64,000 nucleotides of DNA from an uncultured Acidobacteriota bacterium (GCA_963728825.1 CAVSLA010000004.1:1664733-1728732); one strand, 5' to 3'. Numbered from the stretch's first letter, positions 19,043-30,263 are shown. Numbers and translations are program-made. Notes: a model not told the origin generated them from the letters alone.

Positions 19043-20300
19043 TCAGCTTCCAGCTTTGAGCATCATCAGTCGCAGCATGTTCATCGCCGCCTGGGTCGAC
19101 TGGAATTTCACCATCTCGCGGCCGCCGAAGAAGTTGAACGTCCTGACCCGGAGATCGTCGGCGAGTGAGACCGCCACCACCACCGTTCCAACCGGCTTGT
19201 CCGGCGTGCCGCCCCCGGGTCCGGCGATTCCCGTGATGCCGATGCCGACATCCGTGCCCGCAACGGCTCGAATGCGTTCCGCCATGGCCTGTGACACGGG
19301 TTCACTCACCGCGCCGTGTTCGGCGATCAGCGCTTCCGGAACGCCCAGGAGATCCACCTTGGCCTGGTTGCTGTAGCAGACGACGCCGCGGTCGACATAA
19401 TCGGAGCTGCCGGCCACATCGGTCAGCCGCGACATCAGGAGGCCGCCCGTACAGGACTCGGCGGCTGCGATCGTCCAGCCGGCGCGACGCAGCAGCTCGC
19501 CGACGATCGCCTCCAGAGGCCGGCCGTCCACCGAGTAGACGGCCGACGCCCAGTTCCGTTTGAAGTTCGGCGACCGCGGCGTCCAGCGCCGGCTGGGCTT
19601 CGGTCGGGCTTCCAGCAGAGGCAGTCAAATGCAGCTCAATCTGCCCGGTTACCGCCAGGATCGTCGTGGCAATCGGTACCGGCCGCGTCAGCCACCGCGT
19701 GTAGATCGGCTGCACGCGCGAGTCGACGTCTGACTCTGTTCGACCCGTGATGCGCACCATCCGCCGGAACAGCCCGGCGCCACTCGTCCGTTTCGACAGC
19801 CGCTCGTCGATCGCCTTCTCGAGCATCGGCGTCATCTCACGCGGCGGCCCCGGCAGGACGAGTAACGCGGTCCGCTCGCGTTCAATCCACAGCCCAGGGG
19901 CGGATCCTCTCGGGTTCTCGAGAACGGTCGCGCCGCGCGGGACCATCGCCTGGCGCCGGTTGATATCCGGCATCGCGAGTCCGCGCTGGGCGAAGCGGGC
20001 CTTGATCTGCTCCGCGATTGGCTCATGCAGCTCGAGCGGTACCTCGAGAACGCGGGCAACCGCGTCCCGTGTGACGTCGTCCTCCGTCGGACCGAGCCCA
20101 CCGGTCGTGACGATCAGATCGACGTGGCCGAGTGCGCCGGCCAGCGTCTTCGCCAGTTCGTCGACGTCGTCGCCGACGACACTTTTCAGGCGGACGTCAC
20201 AGCCGATCGCGTTGAGGCGCTCGGTGATCGCCAGCGAATTGGTATCGACGCGAAACGGCGTCAACAACTCGCTGCCGACCGCGATGATGCAGGCCTTCAA
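19043..20300 (-). pseudogene. cinA: Competence/damage-inducible protein CinA (MoCF-binding domain plus NMN amidohydrolase domain); one frame change
   Basis: The N-terminal domain (KACIIAVGSELL.., TTGGLGPTEDD, ORF 19302..20333) joins the C-terminal PncC-like domain (AAESCTGGLL, ORF 19043..19531) at about 19545. The TTG start at 20300 overlaps the pgpA stop. Confidence 0.85.
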
Positions 20301-20758
20301 GACACCCAGGCGACGAGGGACAGGATGCCCCAAAGGGTGAGGTTCGCGTAGAACGCCGCCATGCCGTCGTCGGCCATGACGCCCAATCCGCCCGGCAGAT
20401 GTTCGAACCGATCCGCGGGGTAGGGCTTGAGGACGTCGAAGGCACGGAACAGGAAAAACCCGAGCAGCGCCCCCGCCCAGCCCACCGGGTGGAGGAACAG
20501 CGCGATCAGCATCCCCATGACCTCGTCGATGACCACCGGACCCGGATCCGTTCCGCCGAAATAGCGCTCCGCGATGCCGCCGGACCAGCAGCCGACGACG
20601 AAGATGGCGAGAATCGCGACGGCATGCGCCGCGGCCGACTGCGGGAGAACGGCCCAGAGGAGGAGGCCAACCGCCGAACCGAAAGTGCCGGGAGCGAACG
20701 GAACGTAGCCGACACCGAACGCTGTGGCGAGAGAGAGCGCGACGGTCGGACGGCTCAC
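20297..20758 (-). CDS. pgpA: Phosphatidylglycerophosphatase A
   Basis: GVGYVPFAPGTFGS, VIDEVMGM, FRAFDVLKPYP motifs. Confidence 0.85.
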   Translation of the reverse strand: MSRPTVALSLATAFGVGYVPFAPGTFGSAVGLLLWAVLPQSAAAHAVAILAIFVVGCWSGGIAERYFGGTDPGPVVIDEVMGMLIALFLHPVGWAGALLGFFLFRAFDVLKPYPADRFEHLPGGLGVMADDGMAAFYANLTLWGILSLVAWVS

Positions 20759-21627
20759 CCGACCCCTTTAATCACGCGGGTCCCGGCAAAGTGATCGTGA
20801 AGCCCCCGGCGTTCACGGCTGAACAAGGCGGTGATGAAACCAAGGCCTCCTGGCAGCGCGAGGATCAGCCACAACGTCGTCCTCAGCAGCGAGCGTGCGA
20901 CGTCGATCTGCTCGCCGGGCCCGGTCGAGACGATCTTGATCCCCATCGCCATCTTGCCGAGCGTCTGCCCGCCGCTCGTGAACGCGACGAGGTAGCCACC
21001 GTTCTGCACGAAGAGGAACGCGAACAGCGGGCCCTTGGGGAGCATGTGCAGATCGGCTGCGCTCAGACCCACAGATCTGCATGGTCAAGTAGATCACGAT
21101 GACATCGATCGCCGCCAGAATCGCCAGGTCGATGACCACCGCCACGATCCGGGCCAGAACACTGGCCGGCGCAAGACCGTCATCCGCCGCCTGCCACGGC
21201 ATGACGCTGCGCGGTCGCATCGCACCCGAACCTGGTTCGTCAGGAAACGCGGATTCCGACAAATCGAACAGCGCCGAGCGCGGCGTATCCGACCGGGCAC
21301 GAGGAACCTCCGGGGTGGCGCGGCGCACGGCGAGCGGCGCCCGAGGGGCGGACGGCTTCGTGATGAGCGGCAGGTCGTCGGCCGGTGTGCCGCCGAACAG
21401 CGGCAGTTTGGTCAAGACCGGGAGTGGGCGCGGGCGGCGCGGGCTCACCATGACGCCGCGGCGTCCACGAGGGCCAGGTCGTCAAGCGGACGGGGACTGT
21501 CGTCGTCGCCGCTGCGGATCTCCAGCTCCGGTGCAGCTGCTGCCGGCGTCAGCGAGAAATCGTACCCACAATTCCGGCAGCGTTCGAGGTCGTCAAAACC
21601 GAGGTAAGCGCACTTCGGACACTTCAT
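20755..21627 (-). pseudogene. Zinc-ribbon / RDD-family membrane protein; one or two frame changes (the zinc-ribbon part could be a separate 60-aa gene)
   Basis: MKCPKCAYLGFDDLERCRNCGYDF (ORF 21445..21627), then a Pro-rich linker with LPLFGG (20813..21451), then RDD-like TM domains (20755..21072, ..RRGLHDHFAGTRV). There is a clear shift near 21068. The junction at about 21448 is ambiguous. Confidence 0.65.
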
Positions 21628-22440
21628 GGACGGGATGCGCTCAGCGCCAGCAGCTGCCGCTGAATGTCGGCTCGGAGCCGATCGGCTTCCTGGCGCTGCG
21701 GATCGGTCACGCGCACCGTCTCGAGGACATTCAGGGCGTCATGCAGACGGCCCCCTTCGAAAAGGGCCCGCGCCCGCACCAGCGCGGTCTCGCCGCGACC
21801 CGGAACCGGCAGGGCGCGCTCAGCCGCCGAGGGCGGGGTGAACGGCGGCAGGTTCGTCTGACTGGCGTCGCAAGCATCGCCCGCCAGCTGTCCAGGTTGG
21901 GCAGTGCAAAGATGGCGGCCACCGCCGCCAGGACGAGAACGATGGCCGACGCCGCGATCACCCATGTCCGAGCTGTGGCGCGCCGAACAACAATTCCGAC
22001 ATTTCCTGTAGGAGCGCCGCTCCGCGGGGCGGGCCCCTGCAGATCACGGCGTAGAGGCAAGCTCGAGGCGATCCAGGCGGTCGAGCAGCGCCAGCGCCTG
22101 ATCGTTGGGCCCGCCCTGGTTCATCGCCGCTTCGAGCAGCCGCCGCGCTTCGCCGCTCTCGCCGCGGTTAAAGGCGGCTGCGCCGTCGTGCAGCAGCTCT
22201 TCGGACTGGCGCAGCCTCTCGGACAACGCGCTGCGCGCCCGCTCGATGTAGGCGCGGGCGCGGGCGTGATTGCGATCGAGAAACAACGCACGCGACCAGA
22301 TGTTGATCGCCTGCTCGTATTCGGCGCCGAAGTAATGGTCCGAGTCCGAGCAGCAGCAACTGCTCGATCTTCGCGTCGCGATCCGTCTCCGTCGCGCTCT
22401 CGATGGCGTGGGCGGGATCGGTGCGGAGCGGGTCAGACAT
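21624..22440 (-). pseudogene. TPR-like single-pass membrane protein (hypothetical); three frame changes
   Basis: MSDPLRTDP.. (ATG 22440) continues as DHYFGAEYEQAINIWSRALFLDRNHARARAYIERA (ORF 22044..22286), a TM segment WVIAASAIVLVLAAVAAIF (21731..22060) and a C-terminal helical part (21624..21965). Shifts lie near 22341, 22050 and 21860. Its stop overlaps the next start (ATGA). Confidence 0.6.
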
Positions 22441-22481
22441 AGGTAAGTGATTGAGAACCGGGGAATTATACAGCGAAACCG

Positions 22482-22509
22482 GGATTTCGGATTTCGGATT
22501 TAAGATTTT
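22482..22509. repeat. Four-unit 7-nt tandem repeat (GGATTTC)n
   Basis: GGATTTC GGATTTC GGATTTA AGATTTT in the divergent spacer between 22440 and 22523. Confidence 0.8.
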
Positions 22510-22522
22510 GACGTCGTGGCTA

Positions 22523-23440
22523 TTGATCGAGTGCGTCCCGAACGTCAGCGAGGGCCGTCGTGCCGCAGTGGTCTCGGCAATCGCCGCCGCGATCGGTCGG
22601 GTGGCCGGCGTCACGCTCCTCGATTACTCCTCGGATACTTCGCACAACCGATCGGTGTTCACGATGATTGGCGATGCTGAGGCGCTCGAGCTCGCCCTGC
22701 TCGCGCTTTACGAGCGAGCCGTCGCCGACATCGATCTGCGATCGCATCGCGGCGAACACCCGCGGCTCGGCGCGGTCGATGTCGTCCCATTCGTCCCGAT
22801 CGCCGACGTGGAGATGGCCGACTGCGTGGCACTTGCGAAACGCATCGGCGCCGCGATCGCCGACCGCTTCAACGTGCCCGTCTATCTCTACGAGGAAGCC
22901 TCGTCGACTCCGACCCGGAAGAATCTCGAGGATATCCGCCGCGGCGAATTCGAAGGGCTCGCCGCGAAGATGGCGTCCGAGGGCTGGGCGCCCGATTTCG
23001 GGCCCGCGAGCCCCCATCCTTCGGCCGGCGCTTCGGTGATCGGCGCCCGCATGCCGCTCATCGCCTACAACATCAACCTGGCGACAGACCGGCTCGACGT
23101 CGCCAAGAAGATTGCCGCTGCCGTGCGATTCAGCTCCGGTGGATTTCGCCACGTCAAGGCCATGGGGATCAGGTTGGAGGAACGCGGCATCGTACAGGTG
23201 TCGATGAACCTGACGAACTTCGAGAAGACGCCGGTGTCACGCGTGTTCGACGCGGTCACCCGCGAAGCAGAACGCTACGGCGTGTCGGTCCTCGAGAGCG
23301 AGATCGTCGGTCTGGTGCCCGCCGCAGCACTCACGGACGTGGCGGAGCACTATCTGAGGCTGTCGGGATTCAGGCGCGACCAGGTGCTCGAAAACCGGCT
23401 CCGAGCACCCCAACCCGCCAAGCCCACCCCTCAGCCCTGA
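22523..23440 (+). CDS. Glutamate formimidoyltransferase (FtcD N-terminal type)
   Basis: (L)IECVPNVSEGR.., HNRSVFT, HPRLGAVDVVPFVP, SAGASVIGAR. The start is taken at TTG 22523; the track ORF opens at TTG 22451. Confidence 0.8.
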   Translation: MIECVPNVSEGRRAAVVSAIAAAIGRVAGVTLLDYSSDTSHNRSVFTMIGDAEALELALLALYERAVADIDLRSHRGEHPRLGAVDVVPFVPIADVEMADCVALAKRIGAAIADRFNVPVYLYEEASSTPTRKNLEDIRRGEFEGLAAKMASEGWAPDFGPASPHPSAGASVIGARMPLIAYNINLATDRLDVAKKIAAAVRFSSGGFRHVKAMGIRLEERGIVQVSMNLTNFEKTPVSRVFDAVTREAERYGVSVLESEIVGLVPAAALTDVAEHYLRLSGFRRDQVLENRLRAPQPAKPTPQP

Positions 23441-23481
23441 GCCCTCAGCTCTTAGCGCCCTGAGCCCTGAGCCCTGAGCCC
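23431..23481. repeat. 7-nt tandem repeat (TGAGCCC)n filling a convergent spacer
   Basis: TCAGCCC TGAGCCC TCAGCTC TTAGCGCCC TGAGCCC TGAGCCC TGAGCCC. The first TGA is the stop of the formimidoyltransferase gene. Confidence 0.85.
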
Positions 23482-23482
23482 T

Positions 23483-24876
23483 TCAGACGGTCTCTTCCTC
23501 CGGCTCCGGCCGGCGAGAGGGCGCAATCCCGAAGGCGCGCATCTTCCGGTAGAGATTGCTGCGCTCGACCCCCAATACCTCGGCGGTCTTCGACATGTTC
23601 CCCTGCTGCTCGGCCAACGTTCTGAGGATCAGGTCGCGCTCGAAGCGATCCCGCGCTTCGTGCAGCGTCATTCGTCCAGTGACCGGCTCCGCGGGTTCCG
23701 GCCGACCGACAGTGTTCTGCTGCAGGAACGTCACGTCGGCCGCCCCGATCGAGTCTCCAGGCACCATGATCATCAGCCGCTCGATCACGTTCCTGAGCTC
23801 GCGCACGTTGCCGGGCCATCCGTAGTGTTGCAGCGCAGCGATCGCGCCGGTATCGAAGTTCTTCAGCCGGCGGCCGTACTCGCGGGAGAACTCCGCCATG
23901 AAGTGATCGGCCAGCAAGCGGGATGTCTTCGACGCGTTCACGGAGCGGCGGCACGAAAATCGGAATGACGTTCAGCCGGAAATAGAGATCTTCGCGAAAG
24001 TTGCCCGCCCGGATCTCGGCCTGCAGGTCCTTGTTGGTGGCGGCGAGCACCCGGGCATCGACCTTGATTCGCGTCGTGCCGCCGACCGCCTCCATCGTCT
24101 GCTCCTGAAGCACGCGCAGCACTTTGGCCTGCGTCTTCAGGCTCATGTCGCCGATTTCGTCGAGGAAAATCGTTCCGCCGTCAGCCACTTCGAATTTGCC
24201 GCGCCGATCGGCCACCGCGCCGGTGAACGCGCCGCGCACATGGCCGAACAGCTCGCTTTCGATCAGCTCCTCGGGGATGGCGGCGCAGTTCACCTCGACC
24301 CAGGCGTTGTTGCGACGCCGGCTCAGGGCGTGAACCGTCCGCGCCACCAGCTCCTTGCCGGTGCCGTTTTCTCCGTAGATCAGCACGCGGCCGTTGGTCG
24401 GCGCCGCCATCGCCACCTGCTCGCGCAGCTGCCGCATGGCGTAGCTCTCGCCCACCATCGTCTGGGTGCGATCGACGCGGGCGCGCAGCGCGCGGTTCTC
24501 GGCCTCGAGGCGACGCTGCCGCAGGGCATTGCGCACGACCAGCACGGTCTTCTCGAGCGACAGCGGCTTCTCGACGAAGTCGAACGCCCCCATCTTGATG
24601 GCGCGCACCGCCGATTCGATGTTGCCGTGCCCGGAAATCAGCACGACCTGCGCGTCGACCTGTCGTTCACGCAGCCGCGCGAGCGTCGCCAGCCCGTCCA
24701 TTCCCGGGAGCCAGACGTCGAGCACGACGAGATCGACGGCGCCTCGTGTCACGCCGCTCGAGGCACGCTTCGCCGCTCGCCACCGCCTCGACGGTATAAC
24801 CCTCGTCGCGCAGGACTCCACTCAGCGCCGTGCGCACGCCCGGTTCATCGTCGACAATCAGGATCGTGGGTTTCAT
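23483..24876 (-). pseudogene. Sigma-54-dependent response regulator (NtrC family); two frame changes
   Basis: REC domain (ILIVDDEP, LDVWLPGMDG), AAA+ domain (GENGTGKE, GAFTGA, FLDEIGDM) and a Fis-type HTH (NMSKTAEVLGVERSNLYRKM). Shifts lie near 24757 and 23917. Confidence 0.88.
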
Positions 24877-24952
24877 CAGGCGATAGCTGTCTGCCGTTCG
24901 CTGGTCTGACCCGTGTGGCGCGTCGGCTGTCGGTCGCTCAACGACGCCCGCA

Positions 24953-27243
24953 CTAGCACGGTAGCTCTATAGTAAACCTCGTCCCGCTCGGCGTGTTCTC
25001 GGCGACATCAATGTTGCCGCCGTGTTCCGCGATGATCCGGCGGACGATGGCGAGGCCGAGGCCGCTGCCCCTTCCCTTTGTCGAATAGTACGGAAGGAAC
25101 AGCTTCTCGCGCTCAGCCGGTGGGATTCCCGGTCCATCATCGGCCACGACGATGCGAACGACGTTGTTCGCGGCGTCCCGCTGCGTCTCGACGACGACGC
25201 GGCCGCAGCGCTCCATCGCTTCAACGGCGTTGTCGACCAGATTGATGATGACGCGCCGGATCTGCTCCGGATCGAGCCGGACGTTCTGCACATCGGCGGC
25301 AAAGCGGCGCTCGATGATGATGTCCGCGAGCAGGCCGTCATACAACGCCAGCGTATCGGCAATCAATTGATGCAGGTCGGTCGATGTCGCACGCGGCGAC
25401 GGCATCCGAGCGAACTGCGAGAACTCGTCGACCAGCCCTTTCAGCGACTCGACCTCGCCGACGATGGTCGTCGTGCACTCGTCGACCAGGGCGCGGGCGC
25501 CGGCCGGCGCGTCGGTGAAGTGACGCCGCAGCCGTTCCGCCGACAACTGGATCGGCGTCAGCGGGTTCTTGATCTCGTGCGCCAGCCGGCGTGCGACCTC
25601 CCGCCACGCCGCAACCTTCTGTGTTCGAATCAGCGGGGTCACATCGTCAACCACCAGGACGACACCTTCGTGCGCGCCGCTCTCACCGACCAGCGGCGTG
25701 GCGACTGCCGCGAGGTGCAGCTCCTGCTCCGCGCGCTGCATGGCGATCTCCTGCGCCGCCGGGGTGCTCTTGGTGCGCGATGCGCCGTCGATCAGCATCT
25801 GCAGCGGGTGGAGATTGCCGGCGTCGAACGCCGCCACCGCCGGGCGCCCGACAACGCTTCGGTCGAGGCCGAGCAGGCGGGCGGCCGCGCCGTTCACCAT
25901 GGTGATGATGCCCGCCGCGTCGATCGACACGACGCCGGTGGTGATCCGTTCGAGAATCGTTTCGATGTAGCGGCGCCGCCCTTCGACCTCGACGTTCTTG
26001 CGCTCGAGCTCGACGGTTGACCGCTCGACTTTCCGGCGGCTGGCGGCCAGCTCGCCGGCCATCGTGTTGAACGCCTCGGTGAGCGCCCCGAACTCGTCGT
26101 TGCTTTGCGGTTCGATGCGCTGGTCGAGATGTCCGGCACCGATCTCACGGGCGGCAGCGGCCAGCAACAGGACCGGGCGCGTGATCCGCTTGGCCAGATA
26201 CGATCCCATCCAGATTGCGCCGAGCAGGATGAGCAGCGTCACCATCATGAAGAAGGATAGATACAGGCCGGTCAACGGCCGGCGCAGGACGCGCAACTGG
26301 TTGTAGCTCTCGAAGGCCTGCGTCATCCGCCGCGACCGCTCGGCCATTTCGCCGGTCAGGAAGTCGGTGGCTACGACGACGCCTTTGGGACGGCCGTTGG
26401 GATCGTGAATCACCGCGGCGGCGTGCAGCAAATCGCCGGCGCTCCCGAGCGCTTCGATCGAGCGGGTCTCCGGCGAGCCGCTGAGCGCCTGCACGGCCAG
26501 ACGGTCGGCCGCGGCGCCGCTGTAGCCAGGCGGCAGCGCTGGCGCCGCTACGTCGACGACCTCTTCCACTCCCGGCAGTGCCCCGACCGCTGGCGCGACG
26601 CGGTAGACCTCCACCAGCTGCACCCGAGCCGTCGGTGACTTCCGGGCGCGAGCAGGTCACGAATCGGTCCGACATTCTGGTTCGTCAGATCGACCGCCGC
26701 GAGACGGCGCGCCATGCGCGCCGCGTGATCGCTGACCTGCGTCTGGCGCTCGTGGTAGTAGTCGCCGGCGATGCGGTTCGCCGACGCGAGAATTTCGTCC
26801 ATCGGCGCATTGAACCAGCGATCGATGTTGGTGCGGATCAGCTCGCTGCCGACGATCAGCACGACGATCGTCGGAACCAGCGTCATCCCCAGCAGCAGCG
26901 CCACCAGCTTGGCGCGAAAGCGCGCGAAGGGCAGGCCGCGCCGCCGCTCGACGACCAGCTTGACGATGTTGCGCGCCAGCACGAACACCAGCGCCACCAG
27001 CATCGTCAGGTCGGCGGCCGACAGGGCGTAGAGGACGAACTCGGTCAGGAAGTCGGGGGTGAACTGCGGGGTCCGGTTGGCGAGCGTCACGAGGCCGACC
27101 AGCACCGCCAGCAGGATGGCGATGCCCGCCAGAATCAGCCGCGTGTTATCGCGCAGCGGCCGCTTCGGGGCCCCGTTGGCGGGCGACGGCATTGGGGAAG
27201 CGGTCTGACGTCTCGGGGCGATCGACGTGACCGTGGCCGGCAT
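24953..27243 (-). pseudogene. NtrY-like sensor histidine kinase (TM, HAMP, PAS, HisKA, HATPase); two frame changes
   Basis: The N-terminal TM region (ORF 26548..27243) joins the HAMP/PAS/kinase part (24953..26623: HEIKNPLTPI, DNAVEA, DDGPGI, GSGLGLAI) through shifts near 26641 and 26625. Confidence 0.85.
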
Positions 27244-27245
27244 GA

Positions 27246-27704
27246 CTACTCCTTCGGATTCAGCAGGCCTTTGAGCTCGTCCATGAACTCACCGATGTCG
27301 CGAAAGTGACGATACACCGAAGCGAAACGCACGTAGGCCACCTTGTCGAGCTTCTTCAGCTCTTCCATGACGAACGCGCCGATGTCAGCCGTGGCAATCT
27401 CCTTTTCGGGCCGCTCCTGCAGGGTGGCCTCGACACGATCGGCGACCGCCTCGAGCGCCGCTACGGTGACCGGCCGCTTCTCGCACGCCTTCAGCAGGCC
27501 GGCGATCAGTTTCTGGCGTTCGAAGCGCTCGCGGGTACCATCCTTCTTCACCACCATATAGGGGATCTCGTCGATCCGCTCGTAGCTGGTGAAGCGCTTG
27601 CCGCACTCGAGGCATTCGCGACGCCGCCGGATGACCTCGCCTTCCTTGCTCTCCCGGGAATCGACCACCTTGTCGCCAAGGTGTGCACAGTAGGGGCACT
27701 TCAT
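27246..27704 (-). CDS. nrdR: Transcriptional repressor NrdR
   Basis: [19 protein letters not shown] zinc ribbon plus an ATP-cone (152 aa). ATG at 27704, inside the longer track ORF 27246..28280. Confidence 0.93.
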   Translation of the reverse strand: MKCPYCAHLGDKVVDSRESKEGEVIRRRRECLECGKRFTSYERIDEIPYMVVKKDGTRERFERQKLIAGLLKACEKRPVTVAALEAVADRVEATLQERPEKEIATADIGAFVMEELKKLDKVAYVRFASVYRHFRDIGEFMDELKGLLNPKE

Positions 27705-27715
27705 CGGGCCGGCGC

Positions 27716-28744
27716 CTAGACTGTCCGGCGGGATTCGGCCTGATCGGCAAGCCGCCGGATGCCCGTGAGGTTCAGGCCCTCCTCCGCCGCGAAGAAGACG
27801 CCGAGGAAGAACGGCGAGCCGACCGACAGCGCGTGCAGAACGATCGCCGCGCCGACCGCTGCGGTGTCGGACGCGCCGTAGAACACCGTGACGCCGAGCC
27901 GGAAGGCCTCGTGGAATCCGCCGACCGACCCGGGCGTCGGAATGAGAATGCCGATCGTCAACAGCCCGATGATCAGAAACGAACCGGTGAACGGCACCTC
28001 GAGGCGGAACGCTTCTGCGACGGACCAGATCCCCAGCGCAATAACCAGCCACAGCGGAAACGACCAGAGCAGCGTCGCGACCAACTGACCGGGTCGACGG
28101 ATTGCCCCGAGGCCGGTCGCGAACTTCTCGGCAATGCGGGCGATCAACCCGGCGAAGGCGGACGGCACCACCTGCTCGAGGCGCTGAAACATCGCGGCCA
28201 GCCGTGCCGGGTCGCCTGCCATCACGAACAACACCAGCAACGCGAAGATGGAGACGGCGCCGGCGCTGGCCCCCGCCCACTTCACCGCGGTCAGCGCCGC
28301 CGGGTTGACATCGCTCATGTTGCGGCCGAATACGAAAACGTACGACGCGAGCAGGATCAGCACCGTGATCGTGTCGAGCAGCCGCTCGAGCACGATTGTG
28401 GCAAATGCCCCCGTCGCGCTCATCGGCTCGCGGCGTGACAGGAAGTACGGACGCACGAACTCACTGGCCGCCGCCGGAAGAAAGCTGCGCACGGCGAACC
28501 CGACCGCCGTGGCGCGAAACGAGTTGGCGAAGCTCGCCTTGCCGAGCGGCTGGAGCAGGAACTGCCAGCGCCATGCCCGGATTACGAGGTTGAGAATCAT
28601 CGTGCCGAACGACAGCAGCAACCATCCCGGATGGGCGCGGACGATTTCGCGCGCGACGCCCCCGAAGTTGACGTTTCTGAGGAACAACCCCAGCAGCGCC
28701 AGCGCCAGCACGACAACGGCGATGGTTCGTATATGTGCGCGCAT
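27716..28744 (-). CDS. Lysylphosphatidylglycerol-synthase-like transmembrane (UPF0104, flippase-like) protein
   Basis: 342 aa, multi-[15 protein letters not shown] and [10 protein letters not shown].. patterns are typical of the family. Confidence 0.75.
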   Translation of the reverse strand: MRAHIRTIAVVVLALALLGLFLRNVNFGGVAREIVRAHPGWLLLSFGTMILNLVIRAWRWQFLLQPLGKASFANSFRATAVGFAVRSFLPAAASEFVRPYFLSRREPMSATGAFATIVLERLLDTITVLILLASYVFVFGRNMSDVNPAALTAVKWAGASAGAVSIFALLVLFVMAGDPARLAAMFQRLEQVVPSAFAGLIARIAEKFATGLGAIRRPGQLVATLLWSFPLWLVIALGIWSVAEAFRLEVPFTGSFLIIGLLTIGILIPTPGSVGGFHEAFRLGVTVFYGASDTAAVGAAIVLHALSVGSPFFLGVFFAAEEGLNLTGIRRLADQAESRRTV

Positions 28745-28811
28745 CGACCGGGAGTGTTCATTACTATACTGCCCTAGCGCCCCGCGCGGTCGATCGCGCT
28801 ATATGTTGTTG

Positions 28812-28841
28812 TTGTCAGCCGCACGGCGTCTTCTGTAAGAT
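28812..28841 (+). promoter_or_regulatory. Candidate sigma-70 promoter for purC
   Basis: TTGTCA (28812-28817), an 18-nt spacer and TAAGAT (28836-28841), 24 nt upstream of the TTG start at 28865. Pattern match only. Confidence 0.3.
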
Positions 28842-28864
28842 GCGGAACTCCCGCGAGGCATCCT

Positions 28865-29782
28865 TTGGCGTTCGCACCTCCCGTTCTCAACACGTCGCTC
28901 GCATCGCGCGGTCCGGACCGTCACGGCAAGGTGCGCGACATTTATGATTTCGGCGACCGCCTGCTCATCGTCGCCACCGATCGCATCTCGGCGTTCGACT
29001 ACGTGCTCGGCACAGGAATTCCCGACAAGGGAAAAGTCCTGACGCAGATCTCGGCCTTCTGGTTCGCCCATCTGCGGCCGCTCGTCGACCACCATCTGCT
29101 GTCAATCGACCCCGCGGACTTCCCGGTCGAGTCGCCGGCCGATCGCGCCGTCTTCGCCGGCCGCTCGATGCTCGTGAAGCGCGCCGAGCCGCTGCCGATC
29201 GAGTGCGTCGCGCGCGGCTATCTGTCCGGATCCGGCTGGAAGGACTATCTCGCGTCCGGAAAAGTCTGTGGCATCGGCCTGCCGGCCGGCCTGCGCGAAT
29301 CGGATCGTCTGCCGCAGGCCGATCTTCACGCCCGCGACCAAAGCGCAGACCGGACACGACATCAACATCAGCGAAGCCGAGGCGGCGACGCTGATGGACC
29401 CGTCAGTCCTTGCCCGGGCGCGCGACCTGACGCTGCGCCTCTACGAGCAGGGCGCGGCACACGCCGAATCCCGCGGCATCATCGTCGCCGATACGAAGTT
29501 TGAATTCGGCCTGCTGCCGGACGACGGACGGCCCGCGGCCGATCGGCTCATCCTCATCGACGAGGTCCTGACGCCGGACTCCTCGCGCTTCTGGCCGAAG
29601 AACGCCTACGCGCCAGGCGGCCCGCAACCCAGCTTCGACAAGCAGTTCGTGCGCGATTACCTCGAAGAGATCAAGTGGAACAAGCAGCCGCCGGTTCCGA
29701 CGCTGCCGGACGGCGTGGTGTTGCAGACGCGCGAGAAATACTCGAGGCCTTCACGCGGCTGACGGGCCGGGACCTGCAATGA
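28865..29782 (+). pseudogene. purC: Phosphoribosylaminoimidazole-succinocarboxamide synthase; two frame changes
   Basis: [35 protein letters not shown], then [33 protein letters not shown]. There is an extra G near 29318 and a missing base near 29745. The inferred tail is ..REKYLEAFTRLTGRDLQ, with TGA at 29780-29782 overlapping the next ATG. Confidence 0.88.
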
Positions 29783-29991
29783 TTGCCGACCGCCTGGAGC
29801 GGCTCGTCGACGAGATGGTCGAGCGCGGCGTGCAGTTCGACGACGCGGTGCGCGAGTTTGAAAAGCGTTTCATCTCCCGGGTGCTGGGCGCGTGCGACGG
29901 CAGCCTGAACAAGACCGCCGAGGCCCTCGGCATCCATCGCAACACGCTGACGCGGAAGATGGGGACCTACAAAATCAAGAAGCGCACCTAA
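29779..29991 (+). CDS. Fis-family helix-turn-helix DNA-binding protein (70 aa)
   Basis: C-terminal NKTAEALGIHRNTLTRKMGTYKI matches the Fis/HTH_8 pattern. Confidence 0.7.
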   Translation: MIADRLERLVDEMVERGVQFDDAVREFEKRFISRVLGACDGSLNKTAEALGIHRNTLTRKMGTYKIKKRT

Positions 29992-30260
29992 GGGTGCCGG
30001 GGGCGGGGTGCCGGGGTGCTGGGTGCTTCGCCGGGGGCCGCGGTGCAGGGTGCCGCGGTGCCAGGGGCTCTCAGCGCGCACCCCACCCGCTTTGTGTCCC
30101 TCGCACCCGGCACGAGCACCCGGCACCCGGCCCGCGGCACTTCGGCCCGGCCCTAGCACCCGGCACCTCGGCACGCGGCACTTCGGCACCCGGCCCTAGC
30201 ACCCGGCACTTCGGCACCTGGCGAAGCACCCTGCACCGCGGCCCCCGGCCCCCGGCACCC
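29992..30260. repeat. GC-rich nested palindromic element built from GGTGCC/GGCACC words
   Basis: Outer 12-bp stem 29992-30003/30249-30260. Perfect 23-bp inner stem 30031-30053/30226-30248. The core holds a tandem 41-43-nt direct repeat (30134-30174, 30175-30217). It shares 16-17-nt strings with 33605-33794. Confidence 0.8.
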
Positions 30261-30263
30261 GGT

